Shown piece after piece: positions 1 through 10,312 of a stretch of 64,000 nucleotides of DNA; position 1 is the first letter of the stretch; every line of letters starts with the position of its first letter. A program made the position numbers and the translations under genes. The DNA lies in contig JAJZMK010000053.1 of the NCBI GenBank assembly GCA_021798275.1, forward strand, positions 1,564 to 65,563, read 5' to 3'. Under the pieces are notes generated by a model that worked only from the letters and a program-made list of their open reading frames with translations, was not told the origin of the DNA and ran no database searches. The DNA is from Actinomycetes bacterium. GTDB lineage: Bacteria; Actinomycetota; Acidimicrobiia; Acidimicrobiales; Bog-793.

Positions 1-140
1 AACTATCAAAATGTCAGGTGCCCTTAGATGGGCTTGTAAAGGTTCTATGTGGTAAATTTGGCTATATCCCAAATTGGAAACGTAAATCGCGGGGTGCTAA
101 AGTGAAAACGGATCACTCTGTTTTTGAAAGATCATAGTCT

Positions 141-671
141 ATGGAACGAGCTCTGGTGTTGAATGCTACTTACGAGGCATTAGGGTTCGTGTCGACTCGA
201 AGAGCATTGGTGCTTTTACTCTACGGCAAAGCAGAGCTTGTGTATAGGACGGGTGTAACCGTATCTTCTGTAAGTAAATCATTTCCGGAACCGTCTATTG
301 TCCGCCTGCGAAATTATGTCAAGGTCTCCTACAACCGCAAAATCGCGATTACTAAAAAAGCAATTTTCATCAGAGATCACAACAGATGTCAATATTGTGG
401 AGCGATAGCAGAGAATATTGACCATGTCATCCCCAAGAGTCGCGGTGGGAAAAATTCATGGGATAATGTCGTGGCGGCATGTAGAAGGTGTAATGCCATC
501 AAAGGCAGCAGGTTGGTTTCGGAGACTAATCTCAAGCTAAATAAAATCCCAAAAGAACCACAACCAGCAGGGCAACTTTTCATAGTTCATGGCGAGATAC
601 GTCCTGAATGGAAACCCTATGTACAGACAGTGGAATGGGAGCCGGCTTTGCTCATGGAAAATTGTTCCTAA
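141..671 (+). CDS. HNH endonuclease family protein
   Basis: ORF track. 'CQYCG' is followed by the HNH core 'DHVIPKSRGGKNSWDNVVAACRRCNAIKG'. Confidence 0.8.
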   Translation: MERALVLNATYEALGFVSTRRALVLLLYGKAELVYRTGVTVSSVSKSFPEPSIVRLRNYVKVSYNRKIAITKKAIFIRDHNRCQYCGAIAENIDHVIPKSRGGKNSWDNVVAACRRCNAIKGSRLVSETNLKLNKIPKEPQPAGQLFIVHGEIRPEWKPYVQTVEWEPALLMENCS

Positions 672-705
672 GGCCAGATATTCAGATAGATTCATAGGTA
701 AATAA

Positions 706-1437
706 GTGCAATACGCGGCTTCAAACAAAGCTTTTAGTGTCGTATATCAAACGGGAATGACGGAGCAACTAGTCAATAGAATATATCCTTTATCATGTCG
801 TAGTGTTGTCGTATGTGATCCTGTTGACGCCGCATTGGTGGTCGGGAGCTCGCAAAATGAAGTAGAGATTAGAAGTAGTCTTTCAAACAACATAAATTAT
901 AATGTGGTAAAGAGAAGAAGTGGCGGCGGTGCTGTCTTGGTGCTCCCCGGGAAGCAGATATGGATAGATGTATTTATTCCTAAAGAAGACCCTTTATATG
1001 TGGAAGATATTCTGGAAGCTCCTTTATGGCTGGGTCAGCTTTGGTCAAAAACTATTAACTCTGTTTACAACAAGGACAATACAGAGGTTTACAGAGGACG
1101 TCTTATCGGTTCGCTGTCAAAGCTAATATGCTTTTCCGGTCTGGGGCCTGGTGAGGTCCTTCTAGAGGGACAAAAAATAGTGGGTATATCTCAGCGGCGC
1201 ATACGAAGTGGCACGTGGTTCTATACAATGCTTGACTTATACGATACACAACTACAACTATATGACCTGTTGAATATTAGAAGCAGTGTCAAGACGCTAC
1301 AAGAAAATAATAAGATGCTTCTTGCTAGTAAGAAGCATCATAATTTACAAAATACCTTTGAGCAAGCTATTACAGATAATCTCCGGTATAAAGATATGTT
1401 TGAAAAAACGTTTCTTTCATTTTTTTGCGAACTTTGA
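706..1437 (+). CDS. BPL/LplA-type (lipoate/biotin protein ligase-like) catalytic-domain protein
   Basis: 'KRRSGGGAVLV' resembles the RRxSGGGAV motif of LplA-type ligase domains. The start codon is uncertain. Confidence 0.55.
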   Translation: MQYAASNKAFSVVYQTGMTEQLVNRIYPLSCRSVVVCDPVDAALVVGSSQNEVEIRSSLSNNINYNVVKRRSGGGAVLVLPGKQIWIDVFIPKEDPLYVEDILEAPLWLGQLWSKTINSVYNKDNTEVYRGRLIGSLSKLICFSGLGPGEVLLEGQKIVGISQRRIRSGTWFYTMLDLYDTQLQLYDLLNIRSSVKTLQENNKMLLASKKHHNLQNTFEQAITDNLRYKDMFEKTFLSFFCEL

Positions 1438-1448
1438 TCAATAAATCA

Positions 1449-1468
1449 ATATATATATATATATATAT
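1449..1468. repeat. (AT)10 dinucleotide microsatellite between the ligase-like gene and the ABC ATPase gene
   Basis: Read directly: at x10, uninterrupted. Confidence 0.95.
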
Positions 1469-1590
1469 GGAAGTATTCAATTTCTCAGGCATAATTTTCT
1501 ACGGGCAATAACCACATTTTCTCAAGCGATGTGCTAGTCTGCACATGTATCCAGATCATTTTGGTCTGTCAATCTATAGAGGATATATTT

Positions 1591-2610
1591 ATGGTGATTG
1601 ATCAAGGCGTAAAAGATCGTTCTTCTGATGTAGCAGGTGATAATCAACCCGCCCTAAAAGTTAAGGACCTCGTAAAATCCTTTAAAGGTAATGTAGTTAT
1701 CAATAATGTCAGCTTGGAGATACCAAAAGGTTGTTCATACGGATATCTCGGTCCAAATGGAGCCGGTAAAACCACATTAATGAGAGTCGTACTTGGTCTA
1801 ACTGCCAAAGATAAAGGTACGGTAGAAATCTATGGTCAAGATGTAGCTGCCGATAGGCGAAGTGCCCTAAGTAGGGTTGGAGCCATTATCGAAGAGCCAA
1901 GGTTCTATAAAAATCTGACTGCCGTTGCCAATCTGGAGATTTTAGCCGCAGCTCGCGGCGGCGATTGCCATACACGAATTCCTTATGCTCTTGATCTGGT
2001 AGATCTTATTTCGTATGCAAAAAATAAAGTTGGCAGTTATTCTATGGGGATGAGACAAAGGTTGGGGATAGCAGCTTGCTTGATTGCCGATCCACAGCTA
2101 ATTTTGCTCGACGAACCTATGAACGGTTTAGACCCGGCCGGTATGAACGCTTTGAGAGAACTTATAGCTAAATTGGTCTCAGAGGGACGTAGCGTCCTAC
2201 TCTCATCCCATCTTTTGGATGAAGTTCAAAAAACTTGTGACTATATAGCCATATTGGATGATGGTCAAATTGTGTTGCAGGGTCGTCTGTCAGAGATTAT
2301 AGCCGCTGGAGACATTGATATAGTCATAGAGTGCAGCGACCCTGAAAAAGCTTTTGAATTGCTTAGGGGAGATAGCAGGATTAGTAAGTGTCAAATTACC
2401 GATTCCGGCATCACCTACAGTCTTGCGGCAGGAAGCGATTCAAAAAGCCATATAGGAGAGACAAATCATCTTCTGGTGCAGAACGACATAATGGTCTACG
2501 CTCTAGGGTCTTCCCAGCGTAGTCTAGAGAAAAGATTTCTGGAATTGACCAAAAAATTGGGGGAGTCGGGAAAATTGGGGGAGTCGGGCGCCACTCCCGC
2601 CTTTACATGA
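1591..2610 (+). CDS. ABC transporter ATP-binding protein
   Basis: Walker A 'GPNGAGKTT', signature 'YSMGMRQRL', Walker B 'LILLDEP'. I prefer the ATG at 1591 (AGAGGA 8 nt upstream) over the ORF-track start at 1531. Confidence 0.9.
   Translation: MVIDQGVKDRSSDVAGDNQPALKVKDLVKSFKGNVVINNVSLEIPKGCSYGYLGPNGAGKTTLMRVVLGLTAKDKGTVEIYGQDVAADRRSALSRVGAIIEEPRFYKNLTAVANLEILAAARGGDCHTRIPYALDLVDLISYAKNKVGSYSMGMRQRLGIAACLIADPQLILLDEPMNGLDPAGMNALRELIAKLVSEGRSVLLSSHLLDEVQKTCDYIAILDDGQIVLQGRLSEIIAAGDIDIVIECSDPEKAFELLRGDSRISKCQITDSGITYSLAAGSDSKSHIGETNHLLVQNDIMVYALGSSQRSLEKRFLELTKKLGESGKLGESGATPAFT
2553..2588 (+). repeat. Perfect tandem duplication of an 18-nt unit (aaaattgggggagtcggg x2) inside the ABC ATPase C-terminus
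   Basis: Read directly. It encodes KLGESG-KLGESG. Confidence 0.95.
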
Positions 2611-2659
2611 ATGTGATACCGGCATCCCAAAAGAAGACTTAGGAAAAGAGTTATAGCAT

Positions 2660-3568
2660 ATGGCAAAGTCTGACAAACCTATATACGAGTTAACACAAAA
2701 GCAGCAAGACAAAATGGCATTTACAGAAGAGGAGAATAGAGAGCAACCGCTTGAAAATGATCATTGGGTCATTTCTTCCTACGACAGTATTCACGTTAGG
2801 AAAATGAATATTTTCGAGGCAAGCGTCTATACTCTCCGACATAGGAGAGGTCTATATGTGTTTGCTTTTATGTTCTCATTCGGGATAATTTTTATAGTCT
2901 CTCTGGTGATCATGCTATTGCATCTCACGGATCCAAGCAGGTTCACTGCTTTAGGGCACCTCGGCAAATTCGGGGCTTTATCAACAATCATCGCCTTTTT
3001 TACTTCCGTAGCGGGAGTTGTGCTTGGCGCTACGGCTGGTGCCAGTGATCTCAGCATCGGTGTGCTCAGAAATCTGGTGGCCACCGGACGTTCCAGGATC
3101 GCATTATTCGCAAGCGGTCTCTTGGCATCTGTAAGGGTTATTTTTGAGCTCATGATGGTAACGTTATTGGCGTTTGGAGTCGCCAGCTATTTCTCGAGAC
3201 CAAATCATAGTGCACTGACATTTTCTATTATGTTGCGCGTTGACCTTTGGGTGATACTGGATGTCTTGACATGGACCATCATATCTTTTGGTATAGCGAA
3301 TCTGTTTTCCTCTCGCTCTATTGCCATAGGCGTCATTTTGGTTGGAGATCTAGTCCTTGGTGGGATACTGTCGAGCTTTTCATCTTACCCGGGTTGGCGC
3401 CAGGCATTTGTAGGGGTGACATTGAGGCAGATTATGCCTGCCGCACTACAGCCCGGTGCTACCACCAACCGTATTGAAACGGGCTGGCAAGCAATCATCG
3501 TTATTGTGCTTTGGCTTGGGGTTGCCCTTTTCTTAGGGGCACGGCGAGCACAGAAGCGAGAGCTCTAA
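2660..3568 (+). CDS. ABC-2-type transporter permease (multi-pass membrane protein)
   Basis: About 6 hydrophobic segments, and it lies immediately downstream of the ABC ATPase. The start codon is uncertain. Confidence 0.6.
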   Translation: MAKSDKPIYELTQKQQDKMAFTEEENREQPLENDHWVISSYDSIHVRKMNIFEASVYTLRHRRGLYVFAFMFSFGIIFIVSLVIMLLHLTDPSRFTALGHLGKFGALSTIIAFFTSVAGVVLGATAGASDLSIGVLRNLVATGRSRIALFASGLLASVRVIFELMMVTLLAFGVASYFSRPNHSALTFSIMLRVDLWVILDVLTWTIISFGIANLFSSRSIAIGVILVGDLVLGGILSSFSSYPGWRQAFVGVTLRQIMPAALQPGATTNRIETGWQAIIVIVLWLGVALFLGARRAQKREL

Positions 3569-4009
3569 TAAGCCCTAACCCTAATGGTAGGTATAGCAAT
3601 CATGACATCAGCCTTCTGGTATGTCCGGTTATCGTTACCATAGAGACTGAAGGCATCTACGGTTAGTAAGTATCCTAGTGGAAGCAGAAATCTTACAGAG
3701 CCAGCTTGTTGGTATAAATTACATATACAAAAATTGAAAAGCGCTTTTTATGTCCCACCAGAGGACAAGGAGATAGCAAATACCAAAACTGATTCTTTGA
3801 AAGCGTTCCTAAATAGCCCCTAGGATTCAGGAGTCTTAATTTTGTCAGTCGTAGTACTTTAGCGTTCCACAACTAGGCATCGGTAAATTTTACGATATGT
3901 ACCGTAAAAACTTGTTAGAGTTTTAATAACCGCATCTAGATATTTTAAGATTTCCATGTGGAGCGTAAAAAACATACCGACTATAGGTATTACCAGGAAG
4001 GACTAAAAG

Positions 4010-6580
4010 TTGGGTTGGGACGCTGCTAGGTTGAGGACTTCTTTCACCGAGTATTTTTCTGCCAATGCTCATGAGCCGGTTGAACCTTGGCCTCTAATCC
4101 CGGCCGAAGCAGGACTGCTATTCACGATAGCCGGTATGGTACCTTTTAAGCCCTATTTTACAGGGGAAGAGAAACCTCCTTTTAAAAGGGCTACAAGTAT
4201 ACAGCGTTGCTTTAGGATGCTCGATATCGAGCTGGTGGGAACTACAGCAAGGCACAACACTTTCTTTGAGATGTTGGGGAATTTCAGCTTCGGTGATTAT
4301 TTTAAAGAAGAAGCTATCTCTTATGCCTGGCAATTCGTTACGGAAGTTCTAGGTCTAGAAAAGGACAAATTATGGGTTACGGTCCATGAGTCGGACCAAG
4401 ATTCCACTATGTTATGGAAAGATATAGCCCAAATACCCGATGACAGGATTCAGGTCATGGGGGAAGATAACTTTTGGAAAATGGGCGATATCGGACCGTG
4501 TGGGCCGTGTTCTGAAATCTATTTTGACAAAGGAAGTCGTTTTGGAGTAGACGGCGGTCCTAAATTTGGCGGTGAAGACAGATTTGTTGAAATTTGGAAT
4601 CTAGTTTTTATGCAATACGAGAGGCTGAGCAATGGCGATATGGTGCCGCTACCTAAGCCCAGTATAGATACGGGTGCCGGTCTGGAAAGAATACTGGCTC
4701 TTTTAGAGGGTGTGGATTCTGTCTTTGACACAGGACTGATTAAGCCAATTATGGATCATGCAGCAGCGCTAGCCGCGTTGTCGCAGAATAAATTTGAAGA
4801 AGAGGTAATCAACTTACGCATATTGGCCGATCATGCCAGGGCCATGACCTTTTTGATTTCAGACGGCGTTTTCCCTTCCAACGAAGGACGCGGTTATGTG
4901 TTACGGAGAATAATCAGAAGAGCCGTTCTAAGAGCCAATCATCTTGGATATGAGGGCTTGATGACTCCGGAACTTGGTTTGTATGTTGCGCAACTGATGA
5001 AAAACGATTACCCAAAACTTGATAGGGATGCAAGTCTGATAACTAAAATTCTGTCTAAGGAGGAAGAAACCTTCAGAAAAACGCTGAAGTCGGGGGCAAG
5101 TCTTCTTAGGCAGGCCTTGGATGAAAGTTCCTCGATTTTAGCAGGTGACGTTGCTTTTAAATTGCATGATACCTATGGATTTCCTATCGAGCTTACCGTT
5201 GAAATGGTCCATGAAAAGAAAAAAGAGGTGGATCTGGAATCCTTTTCCTCGTTGATGGATACACAGCGGGAGATGGCCAGAGCAAGCAGGAAACAATTGA
5301 TAAAAGACGGCGAAGTTAACTATAGCGTTTTTGAAAAATTGCAAGAAAACTATGGTATTACCCAATCCTTGTGGCATGATAACACTACTTTGGAGTCAAG
5401 AGTTCTGGAAATCCTTCCGACATCAAAGGACAATATATATGATATTGTTCTGTCTGGCACCTGCTTCTACCCCGAAGGCGGAGGCCAGGTTGGGGATAAA
5501 GGTATTATCAAGGGTTCTGGGGTAGTATTTGAGGTCTTTGATACCCAGATGGGCCCTTTTTCAATAGTTGTTCACCGAGGTCGTTTTCTAAAAGGCATCT
5601 TCGATGTGGGAGCAGAAGTTCAGCTGGAAGTAAATGAAGAGATGCGCGCCAGAACAATGAGAAACCATACGGCTACTCATCTTTTGCATGCCGCATTACG
5701 GCAAGTACTCGGCACCCATGTCAAGCAGCACGGTTCTTTGGTCGCTCCCGATCGTCTCAGATTTGATTTTAATCACTTTGCCCCTCTGACAAAAGAAGAG
5801 AAAATCAAGATTGAAGATTTGGTTAACTCTCATATCTTCAATAATGAAGAGGTAGATATTTACGAAACAGACAGGCATGAAGCGGAATCGGCCGGAGCGA
5901 TAGCTTTTTTCGGTGAGAAATATGGCGATAGAGTTAGAGTCGTAAAAGCCGGTGATTTTTCCACGGAGTTATGCGGCGGTACCCACGTTCACGCTTTAGG
6001 TATGATAGGCATGTTTCACATTATTTCGGAAACATCCATAGGAGCAAATACGCGCCGTATTGAGGCAACGACGGCGGCCAATACTTTGGATGAATTAAGG
6101 ACATTGGACGATATTCTCCAATCTATAACCGCCAAATTGAATACCTCAAGAGAGCAGGTGCTGATCTCTTTGGATAAATTAGAACAATCCGAAGTGTCAG
6201 CCAGAAAAATTTTGGATAAATTAAAATCGGAAAAGCTGCATACAGAGGTTAAGAACCTAGCCGGCAAATCTGATAAGGGATCGCTGATTGCCAGGATCGA
6301 TAATTATACATCGGAAGAATTACGACAAATTGCTTTGGCATTGTCGAATACGCACAAAATCGATTTTGTAGCCCTCATCGGCACATACGAAGGACAAAAA
6401 GTATCTTTGGTAGTTGCCGTGAATCCGGAGAAAGGTTATAAGGCAAAAGAAATTATTACTGAAGTCGCTCCTTTGTTTGGTGGCGGGGGTGGAGGGTCAG
6501 ACAGCTTGGCGGTGGCCGGTGGCAAAGATATCGCCGGGATCAAAGCCGCTTTGAACAAATTGACCTCCTATACTGCGTAA
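4010..6580 (+). CDS. alaS: Alanine--tRNA ligase
   Basis: 'FTIAGMVPFKPYF', 'RHNTFFEMLGNFSFGDYFK', editing-domain 'HTATHLLHAAL' and 'CGGTHV'. TTG start. Confidence 0.95.
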   Translation: MGWDAARLRTSFTEYFSANAHEPVEPWPLIPAEAGLLFTIAGMVPFKPYFTGEEKPPFKRATSIQRCFRMLDIELVGTTARHNTFFEMLGNFSFGDYFKEEAISYAWQFVTEVLGLEKDKLWVTVHESDQDSTMLWKDIAQIPDDRIQVMGEDNFWKMGDIGPCGPCSEIYFDKGSRFGVDGGPKFGGEDRFVEIWNLVFMQYERLSNGDMVPLPKPSIDTGAGLERILALLEGVDSVFDTGLIKPIMDHAAALAALSQNKFEEEVINLRILADHARAMTFLISDGVFPSNEGRGYVLRRIIRRAVLRANHLGYEGLMTPELGLYVAQLMKNDYPKLDRDASLITKILSKEEETFRKTLKSGASLLRQALDESSSILAGDVAFKLHDTYGFPIELTVEMVHEKKKEVDLESFSSLMDTQREMARASRKQLIKDGEVNYSVFEKLQENYGITQSLWHDNTTLESRVLEILPTSKDNIYDIVLSGTCFYPEGGGQVGDKGIIKGSGVVFEVFDTQMGPFSIVVHRGRFLKGIFDVGAEVQLEVNEEMRARTMRNHTATHLLHAALRQVLGTHVKQHGSLVAPDRLRFDFNHFAPLTKEEKIKIEDLVNSHIFNNEEVDIYETDRHEAESAGAIAFFGEKYGDRVRVVKAGDFSTELCGGTHVHALGMIGMFHIISETSIGANTRRIEATTAANTLDELRTLDDILQSITAKLNTSREQVLISLDKLEQSEVSARKILDKLKSEKLHTEVKNLAGKSDKGSLIARIDNYTSEELRQIALALSNTHKIDFVALIGTYEGQKVSLVVAVNPEKGYKAKEIITEVAPLFGGGGGGSDSLAVAGGKDIAGIKAALNKLTSYTA

Positions 6581-6770
6581 GTGGCGTAATCTTTCTTTTT
6601 TCTCTGACACGTATCTCGAAAACCATTTACAAACAGGTCATCTCATGTCTTTAATTCTATATTTCCTGTATTGAGTCGGAAAGAAAAGAGCTTCTCTCTG
6701 TCGTCTGTATATCTATAAGAGAGGTAACTTTACGGTGGGTTTTTTCCTGCAGTGATGGTAAAGTTAAAAA

Positions 6771-7340
6771 ATGTCTTCCGGACGAATAATTGCTTTAGAC
6801 CTAGGCATTAAAAGAATAGGATTGGCTGTTTCTGACTCCAACAGAGTTTTAGCAATGCCGTGGGCCGTAATAAACCGGATGCCTGATTATGTCGAGACAT
6901 ACAAAAGTATAAAGAGATCTTTGGATTCTATAGAGGTCTCTTTGATCGTAGTCGGACTCCCGGTATCTCTCGATGGCAAAATACGACAGGCAGCCTCTAA
7001 TATCCATAAAGAGGCAGAAAATCTTGTTCAACTATTTAATATAGAGTGGTTGTTTTGGGATGAGAGAAACTCAAGTAAGCAGGTTGTAAGTCTCATAACT
7101 GAAACGACCAGGAGGTCTACAGAGCTATTGTCAATTCCGCAAAAAGAGAAATATTCTAAAGAAACTGGCGGCAAGACGATCACGACAGGTGATGTGCTTT
7201 CATATGCTTCACACGATAATAAAAACGATATGAGAATTTCGCGAAAGCACTTACCACTGCGTACTAAGAAAAAAATTCAGACCATTGATGACAAAGCAGC
7301 AGCGATTATTCTACAAGCATATTTAGACGCGATAAAGTAA
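6771..7340 (+). CDS. ruvX: YqgF/RuvX putative pre-16S rRNA nuclease / Holliday-junction-resolvase-like protein, with a long internal insertion
   Basis: 'ALDLGIKRIGLAVSD', 'VVGLPVSLDG', 'DER' and C-terminal 'IDDKAAAIILQAYL'. It sits directly after alaS, as in Actinobacteria. Confidence 0.8.
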   Translation: MSSGRIIALDLGIKRIGLAVSDSNRVLAMPWAVINRMPDYVETYKSIKRSLDSIEVSLIVVGLPVSLDGKIRQAASNIHKEAENLVQLFNIEWLFWDERNSSKQVVSLITETTRRSTELLSIPQKEKYSKETGGKTITTGDVLSYASHDNKNDMRISRKHLPLRTKKKIQTIDDKAAAIILQAYLDAIK

Positions 7341-7447
7341 TTTCTATCTCATATCGGAGTGGAAAAATCGTATTTTGTAGCGCAATCAACCTTGGTTTGG
7401 CCAAAACTTGATCTTTGGCAAAATCTCTATCAGGAGAGGCTTATGCA

Positions 7448-8278
7448 ATGACAGAGCTGGCAGGCATCATAGGAGATCCGATAGGGCACTCACTGTCACC
7501 GGTGATACATAACGCTGCTTACAAACAATTGGGCTTAGACTGGCATTATAGTGCTTATTTAGTCAAGAAAAGTAATATTGCTGAAGCCATCAGAGGTGCT
7601 CTGGCTCTGTCGCTTCGCGGTCTTTCCGTAACCATGCCGCACAAGGGCTCCGTTTATGCACTGGCAGATAGGAAGAGCGAGACGGTTGAGCAATTGGGTG
7701 CAGCCAATACTATAAGCTTTATCGATGGGCAGATAGTAGCAGACAGCACGGATGGCCAAGGCCTCCTGGACGATATTTTGGATTGGGGATTCATTCCGCT
7801 CAACAAAAAGATTGTTGTTTTGGGAACCGGAGGTGCTGCCAGGGCAGCCGTTCTCGCTCTTGGCAATTCCGGAGTCAGCGAAGTAGTTGTTTTGGGTCGC
7901 AGAATCGAGATGGCTCGCGAGGTCGCAAATTTGGCCCCCGGACGAAGCAATTATGGTCTTATAGAAGATATCAAGCTATTGGCCAAAGCCGATATGTTTA
8001 TCAACGCTACACCGGTTGGTATGACCGATAATAATGAGCTGTCGGCAAGTCGCCTGAATTGTCTGGAGAATATTCTTACGGAGCGCCATTGGCTGTTTGA
8101 TATGATTTACTCTCCTTTGGAAACGCCGATGATGAAAATGGCCGGGGCGTTGGGTGCAAAAGTCAGAAACGGACTGGGAATGTTGATACACCAGGCTGCC
8201 ATACAATTTTACCTTTGGACCGGATATGAAGCCCCGATTCAAGTTATGTGGGAAGCGGTGCTAAACAATATCGAGTAG
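7448..8278 (+). CDS. aroE: Shikimate dehydrogenase
   Basis: 'GDPIGHSLSPVIHNAAY', 'SVTMPHK', 'GTGGAARA'. The ATG at 7448 has AGGAGAGG upstream. The ORF-track TTG at 7415 is also possible. Confidence 0.85.
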   Translation: MTELAGIIGDPIGHSLSPVIHNAAYKQLGLDWHYSAYLVKKSNIAEAIRGALALSLRGLSVTMPHKGSVYALADRKSETVEQLGAANTISFIDGQIVADSTDGQGLLDDILDWGFIPLNKKIVVLGTGGAARAAVLALGNSGVSEVVVLGRRIEMAREVANLAPGRSNYGLIEDIKLLAKADMFINATPVGMTDNNELSASRLNCLENILTERHWLFDMIYSPLETPMMKMAGALGAKVRNGLGMLIHQAAIQFYLWTGYEAPIQVMWEAVLNNIE

Positions 8279-8373
8279 CTTGATGATATCGGCTACATAT
8301 TTTGAGCGGTGATAATTTTTTACCTTTTCCCATATGGCGCTGTAGCGTAACTAAAGTGCTTTGACAAGAGATA

Positions 8374-8892
8374 TCAGTATCCCCGAGAGATGAGAACCTC
8401 TTCGCTGACCATAATTGGAACTTCCGGGGTATGATATAAGGCAATTGCCAAGGCATCAGAAGGTCGAGCATCAATTCTTTTTTGTCCCTTTGGACCAGAG
8501 ATTACAATTTCCGTAAGAAATAATTCGCCTATTGCTTTTGTGATCAAGACACGCTCAAGTGTCAGAGAAAAATTGTTTAAGATATCAAGTATCAAAATAT
8601 GCGTAAGCGGTCTCTTGGTTTGTATCTTATTCTGGGCATATGATACGGCTATACCTTCCATGGCTCCCGTTTTAATGGTGAGCCTGCGGTGAGGCGGCAA
8701 AATTTCCTCCAGAGTAATCTTTGGGTAGCTGTCTGGTAAATTGATACCTACATTGACGATTTTCATTTGTAGCGAGACGTCTGGTATGGGGATTTCGCTT
8801 TTTTGATCTGCTCCGGTAATCGTTGTTTTCGGTATGCGGTCCTCGTTTTTGATGTCCTTAGATTCTGCTTCCTGACCGCTGAAATCCATCAT
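8374..8892 (-). CDS. Bifunctional nuclease (DUF151/BFN) family protein
   Basis: 'IDARPSDALAIALYHTPEVPIMVSEEVL' is typical of the BFN domain. Confidence 0.7.
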   Translation of the reverse strand: MMDFSGQEAESKDIKNEDRIPKTTITGADQKSEIPIPDVSLQMKIVNVGINLPDSYPKITLEEILPPHRRLTIKTGAMEGIAVSYAQNKIQTKRPLTHILILDILNNFSLTLERVLITKAIGELFLTEIVISGPKGQKRIDARPSDALAIALYHTPEVPIMVSEEVLISRGY

Positions 8893-9075
8893 TGGTTACC
8901 TCTGAGAGTTGTCCCGGATTTAGTGTGAGCCGGTAAAAAAATTATACTAGATTTGCCGGCTGTGTTTTATTTTTAACTACCTCTGTAGTGTCTATATAGA
9001 AATCGCTTTTAGAGAAACCCCCACTTGCTGGTCTGATAAATATTTTGAGTGGAGTCTCGTTGTCGGTAAAGCACT

Positions 9076-9102
9076 TTGTTCATGAGCGATGCTCATGAAC
9101 AA
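9076..9102 (-). terminator. Perfect 12-bp stem / 3-nt loop hairpin directly after the SEDS gene stop codon, with no clear U-tract
   Basis: ttgttcatgagc-gat-gctcatgaacaa, read directly. It starts 1 nt beyond the stop at 9104-9106. Confidence 0.45.
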
Positions 9103-9103
9103 T

Positions 9104-10312
9104 TTAGGCTATCCACCTTTTGTTCTTGGCATTTGTATTTCTGTATTCAACGTTTAAAACCAAGCCTACGGCAGCAAAAAACGCCAATATAGCCGATCCG
9201 CCGTAAGAGATGAAGGGAAGCGGGATACCCGTAATCGGCATAAGTCCTATATCCATACCTATATTTTGGAACGCTGAAAAGACTATAAATGTCAAAGCAC
9301 CCATGCAAAGCAGCTTTCCCATAATGTCCTTGGAGTATTTCGTTGCCCGGATGATTCTAAAAGCTATCAGGGCATAAAGACCTATGACAAGTAGTGAACC
9401 AAGGAATCCGAGTTGCTCACCTATGGCGGCAAATATGGTGTCGGCATACAATTCTGGGATATAGGATAGATTGACCAAGGACCCTTTAAAAAGTCCGCTA
9501 CCTTTGACTCCTCCCAGTCCTATGGCATTTTCAGTCTGTGTCAGTTGGTATTTGGAAGCTGCCGATGCCCCATTAGGGTTGAAAAAGCTGGTCAGTCGCT
9601 GCAGCTGATATGAATTTAAAAGGTGCTCATGAATTGCCAAAAATCCGATTCCGCCGATAATGAGAGCCAATAGAAAAAGGAATCTTAAGCGTACTCCTGC
9701 TACGACGAGAAGAGATATAACCACTACACTCAAAACAACTCCTGTCCCAAGGTCAGGTTGCTTGACGATAAGAAGAGCCGGAATTCCGGCGAGAGCCAGT
9801 AGAACGAGTATTCTCCGCGGACGGAGATCTCCGTCCGCTGACTGTACATACCATGCTATGGCACATATCACACCTATAACGCTGATTTCAGAGGGTTGAA
9901 GTTGTATAGGACCAAGAGGTATCCATCGTTGAGCGCTGGCTGAAGGTCCGCTGTAAGCGGTAGAGATTTGCGAGTGAAAAGCAAAGACTGCTATCAACAT
10001 CAAAACTGTCAATCCATACAGCGGATATGCCAGATATTCAAGCCGTCTATAATCAATAGAAGATGTGATAAGCATCACGGCAAATCCCAGCACAACGTAT
10101 ATGATCTGTCGCTTTAGAAAGTATGTTGGTTCTAACGGGTAGTAATTTTTTGTTGCCGAGTAGACAATAATGAGTCCGATGGCCGAGATGGCGATGACGC
10201 CTAAGATAAGCAAGAAGTCTACTCGTCTTAGCTTGGCCCATACGGGAGTTTTTTTCAACGTCGTATATTTTGAGACAACTGAATTGGTTGTCTCAAAAAA
10301 TTGTGTTACCAC
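9104..10312 (-). CDS. SEDS family (FtsW/RodA/SpoVE) peptidoglycan glycosyltransferase
   Basis: About 10 TM segments, 'LQPSEISVI' and C-terminal 'GIPLPFISYGGSAIL'. Confidence 0.85.
   Translation of the reverse strand: MVTQFFETTNSVVSKYTTLKKTPVWAKLRRVDFLLILGVIAISAIGLIIVYSATKNYYPLEPTYFLKRQIIYVVLGFAVMLITSSIDYRRLEYLAYPLYGLTVLMLIAVFAFHSQISTAYSGPSASAQRWIPLGPIQLQPSEISVIGVICAIAWYVQSADGDLRPRRILVLLALAGIPALLIVKQPDLGTGVVLSVVVISLLVVAGVRLRFLFLLALIIGGIGFLAIHEHLLNSYQLQRLTSFFNPNGASAASKYQLTQTENAIGLGGVKGSGLFKGSLVNLSYIPELYADTIFAAIGEQLGFLGSLLVIGLYALIAFRIIRATKYSKDIMGKLLCMGALTFIVFSAFQNIGMDIGLMPITGIPLPFISYGGSAILAFFAAVGLVLNVEYRNTNAKNKRWIA

Noticed and set aside
1531-1590. N-terminal extensions offered by the ORF track for the ABC ATPase (1531), menG (to 28104), trpC (to 49956), the small membrane protein (to 28699) and TetR (29420)
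   Set aside because: The extensions do not match the family N-termini. Internal starts with better Shine-Dalgarno spacing exist, so the shorter models were preferred, though this is not proven.
3569-4009. 441-nt leader upstream of alaS, considered as a possible T-box or other riboswitch
   Set aside because: I could not find a T-box consensus (…GGTGGTACCGCG-like) or a convincing terminator/antiterminator pair by eye. It needs an Rfam scan before any claim.
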